A stretch of DNA of 64,000 nucleotides from Campylobacterales bacterium (GTDB taxonomy: Bacteria > Campylobacterota > Campylobacteria > Campylobacterales > Sulfurovaceae), in contig JACXUO010000001.1 of the NCBI GenBank assembly GCA_014763885.1, forward strand, positions 62-64,061, written 5' to 3'. Below, one piece after another: positions 21,306 through 30,373 of the stretch. The notes under the pieces are model-generated. The model saw only the letters and a program-made list of their open reading frames with translations, ran no database searches and was not told the origin of the DNA. How positions within the stretch are numbered: position 1 is the stretch's first letter; every line of letters begins with the position of its first letter. A program made the position numbers and the translations under genes.

Positions 21306-21966
21306 AGACGCCCTTGCCCTCGATAATAAAGTGCCTGTACGGCAGTGAAAATACCTGGGGTATTTTGTGCGTTACAACCAGAACCGTTGTTTCAAGCTGC
21401 TGACAGGCATTCTCCATCAGATCCCATATCACATTGGATGAGTAGTCATCAAGGTTTCCCGTCGGTTCATCCGCAAGGATCAGCACCGGGTTTTTTGCCA
21501 GGGCTCTTGCGACACCTACACGCTGCTGCTCCCCACCGCTCAGCTCAAGGGGATACTTCTCTGCATGTTCGCTCAGTTTGACATGCTTGAGCAATCTGTG
21601 CGCCTGTGTATTCTGCACATCAAGCGAGTACCCGGCGATCATCAACGGCAGGACAACATTTTTCGCCACCGTCCATTCATTGACCAGTTTAAAATCCTGA
21701 AAAATGATCCCCATATGGGTACGGAGCTCCTGGAGTTTCGAGGGCTTTACATGCGCCAGGTCCACACCGCCGACCACAAGGTTCCCCGAAGTCGGTCTGA
21801 TCCTTCCGTAGAGTGATTTGAGGAGTGTTGATTTTCCCGATCCGCTGGGACCCGTGATAAAAACAAACTCCCCTTTTTTAACCGTAAAGTTGACATCGGT
21901 GATCACCTCTTTTCTGCCATTGTCATACGTCAATGTCAAATTGGAGGCATTGATAACGTTAGACAC
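21292..21966 (-). CDS. ftsE: Cell division ATP-binding protein FtsE
   Basis: [35 protein letters not shown]. Confidence 0.9.
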   Translation of the reverse strand: MSNVINASNLTLTYDNGRKEVITDVNFTVKKGEFVFITGPSGSGKSTLLKSLYGRIRPTSGNLVVGGVDLAHVKPSKLQELRTHMGIIFQDFKLVNEWTVAKNVVLPLMIAGYSLDVQNTQAHRLLKHVKLSEHAEKYPLELSGGEQQRVGVARALAKNPVLILADEPTGNLDDYSSNVIWDLMENACQQLETTVLVVTHKIPQVFSLPYRHFIIEGKGVYEVH

Positions 21967-23155
21967 GTAGATCTCCTTCTGAAAAAATCTCTCTCATTTT
22001 TTGATGTGCTTGATAGTTGACCGTAGTCTTCACAGGTACGGATGCAAAATATCTGCATCCCTCTTTCCCCATCAGTATATACTTGTGCTCGGGCCTGTCA
22101 AAGCTTCCAAAGGCGCATTTGATCAAGAGTCTCTCTTCTCCGATCTTGAAAAGACGCTCGAAATGGATAAAGAACCCCTCAAAGACCATTGCTTTTTTGG
22201 GAAGTTTTTCCTCTATACCCTCTATATATTTTACACCATTAAAATTAAAATCTATCTCCAGTGCTTTGGGTTCGGACTCAGTTAAACATTTTACATAGAC
22301 ATCATAGATATCCTTTTCCTGACGGAGCCAACGTGCCTCGTATTTACTGGTCACTTCCAGGGCTTCATTCTTGCGAACCTCTACATGCGTTTTCGGTACA
22401 CTCTCCCCAAAGAAGGTCTCCAGGGCATACCAGAAGTAGTTGTCGCTGTCCGTACGAAGCTCGAGTCTTCCCTCCTTGCGCAATACCCTCATCGACTCTT
22501 CGAGAAAACTCGGGCTGATCACTCTTCTGTGGGGCTTTTTGTCCCACGGTACAGGGAAATGCACAAAGATCTGCTCACAGCTGTTCGAAGGCAGCATCTC
22601 CAAAAAGAGCCTTGCGTCGTAGTTGACGACCCAGATATTATCCAGCCCCTGCAGTTCGATCTGCTTGAGCACCTGCTGTGCAGAAGGGGTATGGATCTCC
22701 AGACCGATATAGAGGGTGTCAGGATTTTTCTTTGCCTGGTAAAGCAGGTGTTTCCCGCTGCCGAACCCTACCTCAACAGAGAGCTTCTTTTTCGGGTATG
22801 TTACCGTTTCAAAGTCCTCTATCTTTTTGAAGTACTCCGAAGCCAGCGGCGCTTTCGTATGAGAGATCGCGATATTGGAACTCTCGATCTCAAGGTTCAG
22901 CTCCTCGGCCGTTTTTGCCAATGCTTCTTTGAGGAGGTTGACCTTCAGAGGCCTGGTGACCTTGTCATACTTGAGCTGTGCGGCACCGTTACTCTCAGGT
23001 TTGTACTGCAGCAGGAACTCTTCGCCCGCGTACTCCACTCCCCATAACTCCTCGTCTGCTCCTACCGCTTTTGCACGAAAGGTAAGCAACGAACTCTCGG
23101 GTATCTTCATCTCTACGATAGAACTGTCAAATGGTTTGACTTTAATATGTGGCAT
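21959..23155 (-). CDS. trmB: tRNA (guanine-N7)-methyltransferase
   Basis: EVGFGSGKHL, GLEIH, FPVPWDKKPHRRV, ELRTD, TSKYE. Start moved to ATG 23155 (AAGGA RBS); the longer ORF overlaps the upstream gene. Confidence 0.93.
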   Translation of the reverse strand: MPHIKVKPFDSSIVEMKIPESSLLTFRAKAVGADEELWGVEYAGEEFLLQYKPESNGAAQLKYDKVTRPLKVNLLKEALAKTAEELNLEIESSNIAISHTKAPLASEYFKKIEDFETVTYPKKKLSVEVGFGSGKHLLYQAKKNPDTLYIGLEIHTPSAQQVLKQIELQGLDNIWVVNYDARLFLEMLPSNSCEQIFVHFPVPWDKKPHRRVISPSFLEESMRVLRKEGRLELRTDSDNYFWYALETFFGESVPKTHVEVRKNEALEVTSKYEARWLRQEKDIYDVYVKCLTESEPKALEIDFNFNGVKYIEGIEEKLPKKAMVFEGFFIHFERLFKIGEERLLIKCAFGSFDRPEHKYILMGKEGCRYFASVPVKTTVNYQAHQKMREIFSEGDLRV

Positions 23156-23171
23156 CTTTTTCCTTGTGTAT

Positions 23172-23828
23172 TTAGAGTCTGATTTGTGCTGGCTGACTTG
23201 GCCGGGAAGTCGTATCGTCGTAACTCTTGGCAGTGATACGGTAACGGTACTCCCGCCCCCGTCTGACAAAGGTGTCGATATACTCCACCATGATCCTTCC
23301 TTTGACCTTGGCAAGATAGCGCCATGCTTCCCCGTTCACCGAACGCTCGATGATATAGCCATTGATACTTTCATTACCGTGCGGTCTCCAGAGCAGTTTC
23401 ACTGCACCTTCCCCTGCTTTATACGCTTTCAGGAATGAGACGCTTCGAAGCGGAGGCAAGGCGCGAACTTCGAGCCGGGCACCTGATGCGGCCTCTTTTC
23501 CAAAACGCAGCGTCTTGAAGGTATAGCGGTAGCGTTGTCCGGGTCTGACCTGTGTATCGACAAAATGCGTGGCATAGGCATTGGAGATCGTGGCTACCAG
23601 TCTCTCTTCACCCTCCGAGCTTCTGTAGATATTGATCCCGCGTACTCTGCTGTCTGTGATCTTTGCCCACTCGAAACCGATCGTGTTTCTCTGCGGAAGG
23701 GCCTTGAGATCCCGGAGTTTTGACAAAGAGGGATCACGCTCGTAAACCGTGATACTCTGCACAACACCGCTGCAGCCGTTAAACCCCAGTAAAACGGTCG
23801 CCAAGAGTACGAGGGTCGATCTTCTCAT
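23172..23828 (-). CDS. Fibronectin type III domain lipoprotein (two FN3 repeats)
   Basis: Lipobox FNGC; W...GINIYRS / W...GYIIERS...Y.YRI FN3 patterns. Confidence 0.8.
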   Translation of the reverse strand: MRRSTLVLLATVLLGFNGCSGVVQSITVYERDPSLSKLRDLKALPQRNTIGFEWAKITDSRVRGINIYRSSEGEERLVATISNAYATHFVDTQVRPGQRYRYTFKTLRFGKEAASGARLEVRALPPLRSVSFLKAYKAGEGAVKLLWRPHGNESINGYIIERSVNGEAWRYLAKVKGRIMVEYIDTFVRRGREYRYRITAKSYDDTTSRPSQPAQIRL

Positions 23829-24732
23829 CTATTTCACTTTCATCAAAATATTTTGCCAGATACGCCTGCATATCTCCAAAAAGCGGGGCGACAAACTCCA
23901 TCTTTTCTCCCGTTTCAGGATGTGTCAGATAGAGCAGATATGCATGCAGCTTCACCCGTGAAATTCTATCCCGTTTGCTCTTAAAGCCGTATAAATGATC
24001 CCCCAGTATATGCCGTCCCAATGTTGCCAGATGCACACGTATCTGGTGGGTACGTCCGGTGAAAAGCTTGGCAGCGATCAATTCTGTATCCACCCTGCTT
24101 TGCGCCAGTTTGACAAAGGCTGTTTTTGCCTCTTTGCCATGCGGTACGACATCCATCTTCAGACGGTTGTTCGGATTGCGTCCGATAGGCTTCTCTACAA
24201 CGGTATTTTCTTTGAGCGGATAGTCGATGAGGGCCAGGTAGTAGCGCCCCATGCTCTTATCCTGCAGCTGTTCGCTGAGCTTCTCATGGGTCTTGTTATC
24301 CTTGGCGATCACCAGCGCCCCGGTCGTCTCCTTGTCGATACGGTGCACGATCCCGTGACGCTCCTCTCCACTGATGGTGGAGAGCGATATCCCCCGCTGT
24401 ATCAGCCAGTCCACCAGGGTCGGCTCCTTGACCGAAGGTGCGGGGTGCACCACAAGACCTGCAGGTTTGTTGATAACCATCAGGTATTCATCCTCATAGA
24501 TCACTTCCACATCAAAGTCCACAGGCACTGCTTCACGTCTCTCCGCTTCTTTGAACTCATAAGTGATCTCATCCCCCTCTTCTACTTTGAAGCTGGGCTT
24601 ATTGATCGTCTTGCCGTTGACGGATACCAGTCCGTCCTTGATCAGTTTTTCGATCTGGTTACGGCTGACATCCAGCGCATTGGCTAATGTTTTGTCCAGG
24701 CGGTTTTTTTCTGTTACGCTAATTTTTTCCAC
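23779..24732 (-). CDS. rluD: RluA/RluD-family 23S rRNA pseudouridine synthase
   Basis: S4 domain RLDK; VINKPAGLVVHP; GIVHRIDKETTG; TGRTHQIRVH. Likely start is GTG 24732 (GGAG 6 nt upstream); the alternative ATG 24804 lies inside a REP copy. Confidence 0.9.
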   Translation of the reverse strand: MEKISVTEKNRLDKTLANALDVSRNQIEKLIKDGLVSVNGKTINKPSFKVEEGDEITYEFKEAERREAVPVDFDVEVIYEDEYLMVINKPAGLVVHPAPSVKEPTLVDWLIQRGISLSTISGEERHGIVHRIDKETTGALVIAKDNKTHEKLSEQLQDKSMGRYYLALIDYPLKENTVVEKPIGRNPNNRLKMDVVPHGKEAKTAFVKLAQSRVDTELIAAKLFTGRTHQIRVHLATLGRHILGDHLYGFKSKRDRISRVKLHAYLLYLTHPETGEKMEFVAPLFGDMQAYLAKYFDESEIDEKIDPRTLGDRFTGV

Positions 24733-24742
24733 TCTATACTCC

Positions 24743-24763
24743 GTAGGTTTGGCACTGCCAAAC
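24743..24763 (+). repeat. GTAG-family REP element, copy 1
   Basis: GTAG-GTTTGGCA-C-TGCCAAAC: tetranucleotide foot plus perfect 8-bp palindrome. Confidence 0.9.
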
Positions 24764-24789
24764 GTCCTTATCAATTCTTGATCTCTTTT

Positions 24790-24810
24790 GTTTATCCGTG
24801 CCATACCTAC
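24790..24810 (-). repeat. Degenerate REP copy 2, inverted relative to copy 1
   Basis: GTAGGTATGGCACGGATAAAC, 17/21 identical to the REP; contains the RAYT stop TAG and the ATG at 24804. Confidence 0.75.
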
Positions 24811-25328
24811 TCAAAATCAATACTCTCATCAAACACACCCCAATCATCATCATGATATCCGGCATCCATAAATTTGCCAAACGATGAATACTCCCACGCA
24901 GCAGCGCTAGGCGCAAACTTATGTTTTACGGGATTATAATGAATATAATTCAACCTTAGCTTATAATCTCTCTCATCCCGTATGGTATGCTCATAAAAAC
25001 GTTTTTGCCAGACAGGTTTATAGTGCTGCCCTTCTCTACTGTGGGATTGCATTAAATGCCGGTAATATTTCGGATCACAATGGGACGAGAAGTACCTTTT
25101 GATAGATCCAATGATTTTAGGATACTCCTTGACATCTTCAAACATCACTATCATATGGATATGATCAGGCAGTATAACGATGGCATCGATAGTGAATGAA
25201 AACTGACGTTTGACATGCGTGAAGCTTTCTCTTAAAAGCCCAATATTTTCGATCAATATCAGATTACGTTCATAGGTTACAAGGGTAAAAAAGTAGCTAT
25301 GTCCTTCTAAAAAAACTCTTCTATAATT
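24807..25328 (-). mobile_element. REP-associated tyrosine transposase (RAYT, HUH/Y1), probably start-disrupted
   Basis: NYRRVFLEGHSYFFTLVT...PDHIHMI (HUH)...WQKRFYEH.IRDERD...YIHYNPVKH...WEYSS; an in-frame TGA at 25331-25329 precedes the conserved N-terminus. Confidence 0.92.
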
Positions 25329-25348
25329 TCAAATGTAACCTTTTTACC

Positions 25349-25369
25349 GTAGGTTTGGCACTGCCAAAC
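25349..25369 (+). repeat. GTAG-family REP copy 3
   Basis: Identical to copy 1. Confidence 0.9.
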
Positions 25370-25460
25370 GTCACATAATACCCCGAACTGATTGAAATCG
25401 TTGTCTGCATGTCATTTGTAGGAAACACTTTATTCTCTTTATTTCATATTTCCCTGAGGC

Positions 25461-25481
25461 GTTTGGCAGTGCCAAACCTAC
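25461..25481 (-). repeat. GTAG-family REP copy 4, inverted relative to copy 3
   Basis: Exact reverse complement of copy 1; 91-bp spacer from copy 3. Confidence 0.9.
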
Positions 25482-25582
25482 AAACACTCACATCACTATA
25501 GTAGATAAATTATAACGGATTTTGTTTAGTAGTAAGCAACAAAGAAAAGGTAAGAATGTTGTACTATCAGCAGAAAAAGAGA

Positions 25583-26386
25583 CTAGCTCTCTTTTTCTAT
25601 ATCGTCTCTGTCCCAACGCTCCGGGTCAAGGAAGGTATCATCGTGGATATGCTTGAAGGAAGCCTTGATCATCTTGAAGATATCACTGTTTTTCTGTTCA
25701 AGCCCCGCAAGCCACTCTTTGGTAGCAGCTCTTGCATGTGGCATCTTTACATCTTTAAGCATCGCCGGACAGGCTTCATCACCGACCACCTGCAGGTTGT
25801 TGTCCATGGCAAACCCTCGCAGCTGCGACTCGCGTACCTGGATCAGCGGGCGGATCAGATGGAAGCCTTTGCCTGTCTTGTAGATCGGTGCGAGTGCTCT
25901 CATCGTACCGTTGTAGAACATATTCATAAAGAAGCTCTCAACGGTATCGTCGAAGTGATGTCCCAAAGCTACCTTGTTGAAACCGCCCTCCTGAGCAAAG
26001 CTGTAGAGCGCTCCCCTGCGCATACGTGAGAAGTAAGAACAGAAAGAGGAGTTCTCACGAATCGCATCCTGGCTGACATCGAAGATATTGGTATCATAGA
26101 CCGTATGTTTGATCCCGTACTTTGCACAGTGTGCAGAGAGAAAGTCGTAGTGCTCGTCAGGCATCCCATACTTCACGGTACACGCTTCAAACTCGAAATC
26201 AAACGGCGCATTGCGCTGCATATGCTTCAGTGCATGTATCAGCGAGAGGGAATCTTTTCCTCCGCTTAGTCCTACCAGTACCTTGTCCCCTTCGCCGATA
26301 AGTCTGAACTCGGCATTGGTCTTACCTATCACCTTGAGCAGTTTTTTGCTCATCGGTATGGTCGGAAATTCGTCTCTTCTACCCAA
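25583..26386 (-). CDS. ttcA: TtcA-family tRNA 2-thiolation / PP-loop ATPase
   Basis: GLSGGKDS, CSYFSRMRRG, ALGHHFDD, IRPL. Confidence 0.8.
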   Translation of the reverse strand: MGRRDEFPTIPMSKKLLKVIGKTNAEFRLIGEGDKVLVGLSGGKDSLSLIHALKHMQRNAPFDFEFEACTVKYGMPDEHYDFLSAHCAKYGIKHTVYDTNIFDVSQDAIRENSSFCSYFSRMRRGALYSFAQEGGFNKVALGHHFDDTVESFFMNMFYNGTMRALAPIYKTGKGFHLIRPLIQVRESQLRGFAMDNNLQVVGDEACPAMLKDVKMPHARAATKEWLAGLEQKNSDIFKMIKASFKHIHDDTFLDPERWDRDDIEKES

Positions 26387-26403
26387 CTTACGCCTTTATC
26401 TTT

Positions 26404-27141
26404 TTAATCATTGTGATTACACGCAGAGTGTCTGCATAGTTCATCCGGATTGATCTTTTCAACCATACTGATCACAAAATCAGCTGAGACTTTTGCAGAA
26501 CTCTCCAGGAATGCATCAAAGTCAAATCCCGCATCCATATCCGCACTGTCGCTGATCGCACGCATGATAAAGAACGGCACCTTCAGTGAACTGCATGCCA
26601 CTGCCACCGATGCACCCTCCATCTCCAGTGCATCAGCCTTAAAGGTCTTACCGATCCACTCTTTACGTTCAGGATTTGCTACGAACTGGTCACCTGTAGC
26701 GATCACACCCTCTTTGAGGGTTAAGCCTTTTTCTTTTGCTACCTCTTTTGCGATATTACGAAGTGCCGGGTCTGTAGGGATACAGACTTCACCCTCAGGA
26801 ACATACCCGTGCGGATGACCAAATGCCGTGATATCCAGGTCATGCTGGCACAGCCCGTCTGCGATGATCATGTCGCCGATAGCCAGTTCATCGCTGATCG
26901 CCCCGGCCACACCGCTGAAAAGAAGCAGATCACATCCGAACTTCTCGATAAGCACCGTTGCCGTCAAGGTAGCGAACACCTTACCGATCTTTGAGTAGGC
27001 AACAACCACCTCTTTGCCCTTATAGGTTCCTTCATAATAGGTGTTAGATGCATAGACGCATGTCGTGACATGATCAAGTTTTTCCAGAAGCGGTGCGATC
27101 TCTTCGGGCATCGCACCCATGATAGCAATTTTCTTGGACAT
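26404..27141 (-). CDS. mtnN: 5'-methylthioadenosine/S-adenosylhomocysteine nucleosidase
   Basis: IMGAMPEE, SKIGKVFA, TGDQFV, EMEGAS, RAISDSAD. Confidence 0.95.
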   Translation of the reverse strand: MSKKIAIMGAMPEEIAPLLEKLDHVTTCVYASNTYYEGTYKGKEVVVAYSKIGKVFATLTATVLIEKFGCDLLLFSGVAGAISDELAIGDMIIADGLCQHDLDITAFGHPHGYVPEGEVCIPTDPALRNIAKEVAKEKGLTLKEGVIATGDQFVANPERKEWIGKTFKADALEMEGASVAVACSSLKVPFFIMRAISDSADMDAGFDFDAFLESSAKVSADFVISMVEKINPDELCRHSACNHND

Positions 27142-27153
27142 AATAATCCTTAT

Positions 27154-28101
27154 TTACTGTTCGTTTAGCTTGCTGACCTCTTCAAGTGCCAGTTGAAGTG
27201 ATGCCATATCCGAGACAACGAAATGAGGTTTTGTCGTTGCTTTTCTGTTAAGCCCTTTAAGCACAGCTCCATGACCGAACTCGATATAACAGTCCACTTC
27301 GTCATCGAACTTCGCGATCGCCTGCTTATAGAGTACCGGCGAGGTCAATTGCTTGGGAAGAAGTTCAAGTGCTTCGGCTTTAGAGCTGTAATACTCAGCG
27401 GTTACGTTGGAAACGACCGGGGCATTGAACTCGTCTCTAAGCACTTCAGTCAGTTTTTCAGCCAACGGTGCTGTAGCAGCTTCCAAAAGCGGGCAGTGGC
27501 TCGCCACTGACATATTGAGCAGCATTGCTCTTTTCGCTTTTGCTTCTTTAAGGACCGGTTCAAGCTTTTGCAGGTCAGACTTCACTCCTGCGATAACGAT
27601 CTGGCCTTCGGCATTGTAATTTACCGGCCATACTTTCATCCCTGCATCTCTCTGCTCAACACAGATACGCTCAACCACCTCATCAGAGAGTCCGAGAGAG
27701 ACCATCATCCCCACATCCTGGCCCGCACACGCTTCTGCCATCAGTTTACCACGCAGGTTCACAAGCTCTACCGCATCGATCGCATCGATCGCCCCTACAC
27801 TCACAAGGGCAGAGAACTCACCCAGAGAGTGCCCCATCGCATAGTGTGGCTTGATCGGCATTGCATTCTCAAACAGTCTATGTGCGATCGCAGAAACCAA
27901 AAGAATCGCTGGTTGGGTGTACTCTGTCTTCTCCAACTTGTCATTCTCTGTAAAGAGAAGTGCTTCAAAATCGATACCCGTACGCGCACTTGCATCGGCT
28001 ACCATCTCTCTTGCTACCTCTGAGTTGTTAAAAAAGTCCTGCCCCATACCGACAGCCTGAGACCCCTGTCCCGGAAATAAAAATGCACATTTTACTGACA
28101 T
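27154..28101 (-). CDS. fabD: Malonyl-CoA:ACP transacylase
   Basis: FPGQGSQ, TQPAIL, GHSLGE, SVASHC. Confidence 0.97.
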   Translation of the reverse strand: MSVKCAFLFPGQGSQAVGMGQDFFNNSEVAREMVADASARTGIDFEALLFTENDKLEKTEYTQPAILLVSAIAHRLFENAMPIKPHYAMGHSLGEFSALVSVGAIDAIDAVELVNLRGKLMAEACAGQDVGMMVSLGLSDEVVERICVEQRDAGMKVWPVNYNAEGQIVIAGVKSDLQKLEPVLKEAKAKRAMLLNMSVASHCPLLEAATAPLAEKLTEVLRDEFNAPVVSNVTAEYYSSKAEALELLPKQLTSPVLYKQAIAKFDDEVDCYIEFGHGAVLKGLNRKATTKPHFVVSDMASLQLALEEVSKLNEQ

Positions 28102-28270
28102 GAATATCCTTATAAATAATATTTCGTAATTTTACCATGTTTTGATTATGTGGTGATAACTCACACATTCCTCCCTTCCAAATCAACCGTTTTGATATTG
28201 ATTTTTATTTAATACTTTATTAAGGTTTTCAATATATAATCTCAAGAAATAAATATTATAATGAATTAAT

Positions 28271-28738
28271 ATGATTAAAAAATATCTTTTCTCTTCTCTC
28301 GCTACTGCAGTTTTTGCGGTGAGTGCGAGTGCCTATGATACAGCAAAAGCGGAAAACCTCAATGCTTTCTATTCACATATGACACAAAAAGCCTGTGCAG
28401 ACTCGAAACTTTTTACCACAGGAGAAGAGGTGATGAAGATGTTCAGAGAGAAAGCGAAATTTACACTCCTTGATGTAAGAACTGCAGGAGAAAATGCGAT
28501 CGTATCGGTCTCTTCAGAGAATGCACTGCATATTCCTGTAGAAAACCTTTTTGAAAAAGCCAACCCTGACAGACTTCCTACGGATCAGCCTATCATCATC
28601 ATTTGTCACTCAGGGACACGTGCTACGGTTGTGGCGATGGGGCTCAAACAGATCGGTTTTGCCCAGGTACATGTACTCAAAGGTGGGCTGGTGGCACTTG
28701 CTGAAGCAAACAATCCCAAAAATGCCCCAATCAAATAA
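28271..28738 (+). CDS. Exported rhodanese-domain sulfurtransferase
   Basis: Sec signal ending ASA; LLDVRT...E; active loop CHSGTR; LKGG. Confidence 0.85.
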   Translation: MIKKYLFSSLATAVFAVSASAYDTAKAENLNAFYSHMTQKACADSKLFTTGEEVMKMFREKAKFTLLDVRTAGENAIVSVSSENALHIPVENLFEKANPDRLPTDQPIIIICHSGTRATVVAMGLKQIGFAQVHVLKGGLVALAEANNPKNAPIK

Positions 28739-28804
28739 CTTTTCACTTCTTTCATCCTACAAAGAGCATATCCGCTCTTTGTACACCACGCTTCCCTCTT
28801 GGGC

Positions 28805-29632
28805 CTATCCTCTTTTAAAGATCATCGATTTCACCGGCTGCCCGATCTCTGCTGCCACAACACTGCACTTCACCATAAAGAGGTAGTAAATACTGCGTTG
28901 TGTTTCGCCATAAAGGCTTTCAAAGTTTCCCATCCCTTTGGAGATAACGATATCCGCCTTTTCGAAGATTTCAAGAGACGCTTTACTTGCCAAAGAAAAA
29001 TCATACCCCGGAGTGGTAACACCGGTATCTATCACCGTGGCATATGGCTTGAGCGTTTCGGTATCATCCAGTGTTACATCATTGATGATCGGGATCCCCC
29101 GGACAAAATAGTATACATGAACATCATATCTTTCTTTGATCTTCTCTATCAGCCATTGATCAAAGATATGCTCACCCACATTATCCCCGATGATTACTAT
29201 CTCCTTCGCATTTTCCAGTTCTTCTCTGAACACTTCGCTGTCGTCGATAGCCAGAGGATGGTCAAAATACGCTGCGATCATTTCATTGAGATCGAACTGC
29301 TCCTGTGCCCCGAAATCGATCACATTGCCGATCACGGAAAATTTGATGGCATCATCGATATTTTTGATCATTTGCTTATCCACAGACAAAGCCAGCTTAG
29401 TAGCCTCCATCTTGGAAACAGCAACTGGATCATCCAACCCGGTGATCTCACTGATCGAGCGATAGATGACATCTGCGATCTGCGGGGGTGTTACATCCAT
29501 ATCGTGCTCCAGAACTATTTTTGCCGTCGCATCCAGTACCTCTTTGCTTTGGCGATCATCAAGCTGCAAAAGACGGGAAACTTTCAACCCTTGATTCATC
29601 AGGCAGACGATACAGTCAGGTTTTATATTCAT
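28805..29632 (-). CDS. DUF89/ARMT1-like damage-control phosphatase
   Basis: N-terminal CxxC; GNVIDFG, GDNVGE..FD, KGMGNFESL. Confidence 0.85.
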   Translation of the reverse strand: MNIKPDCIVCLMNQGLKVSRLLQLDDRQSKEVLDATAKIVLEHDMDVTPPQIADVIYRSISEITGLDDPVAVSKMEATKLALSVDKQMIKNIDDAIKFSVIGNVIDFGAQEQFDLNEMIAAYFDHPLAIDDSEVFREELENAKEIVIIGDNVGEHIFDQWLIEKIKERYDVHVYYFVRGIPIINDVTLDDTETLKPYATVIDTGVTTPGYDFSLASKASLEIFEKADIVISKGMGNFESLYGETQRSIYYLFMVKCSVVAAEIGQPVKSMIFKRG

Positions 29633-29760
29633 AGTTACTCCTTGCAGCGAATTTTATCTTTTTTGTGAAGTGCAGGCAAGTACGAAAAAAGGAGAATGTT
29701 ATAAAGGAAAAGAGGGGGAAGGGATACACCTGCCGCTTGACAGGTGCAGAAAGATGGGGC

Positions 29761-30276
29761 TTAGTGGCAACCACATCCTGAACCGCAGTGTCCGCCGCCA
29801 TGGGATTGGCCGCCTACAACACCTGTAGCCATCTCATCCGCAGTCGCTTCTCTCGCGCTCAATACTTTGACTGAGAACATAAGGTCTTTCCCTGCAAGCG
29901 GGTGGTTGAAATCGATCGTTACCTCGTTGTCATCAAAAGACTTCACTTTTACCTGTACTGTCTGTCCGCCTTCACCCTGTCCGTAGAGTGTCATACCTTC
30001 GACAAGATCGATACCTTCAAACTGGTCTTTTGGGAGTGTCTGCTGCGCTTCAGGGTTCACTTCACCATACGCATCTGCTGCTTTGACAAGGATATCTCCG
30101 CTCTCATCTTTTTTCATGCCGACAAGTGCATTTTCAAGACCGGGGATGATCTGCCCCATCCCGATGATGAACTCCAGCGGCTCTCCGCCTTTATTGCTGT
30201 CCACTATTTCAGTCGTTCCAGCTTCTTTTACTTCGTATTCGATACCTACAACGCAGTTTTCATTTGTAATTGTCAT
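29761..30276 (-). CDS. slyD: FKBP-type peptidyl-prolyl isomerase SlyD
   Basis: QIIPGLE, DFNHPLAGKDL; His/Cys tail SHGGGHCGSGCGCH. Confidence 0.95.
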   Translation of the reverse strand: MTITNENCVVGIEYEVKEAGTTEIVDSNKGGEPLEFIIGMGQIIPGLENALVGMKKDESGDILVKAADAYGEVNPEAQQTLPKDQFEGIDLVEGMTLYGQGEGGQTVQVKVKSFDDNEVTIDFNHPLAGKDLMFSVKVLSAREATADEMATGVVGGQSHGGGHCGSGCGCH

Positions 30277-30373
30277 AAATGTTCCTCTATAGTTAATTTG
30301 GATGTATTGTAACTAAGCAAACTTTACTAATGCTTAAGGGGAATAACGGTCAAAATATGCCTATCTCAATGCA

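Noticed and set aside
24743-25481. CRISPR array
   Set aside because: Only four repeats, alternating in orientation, irregularly spaced and flanking a transposase; no cas genes.
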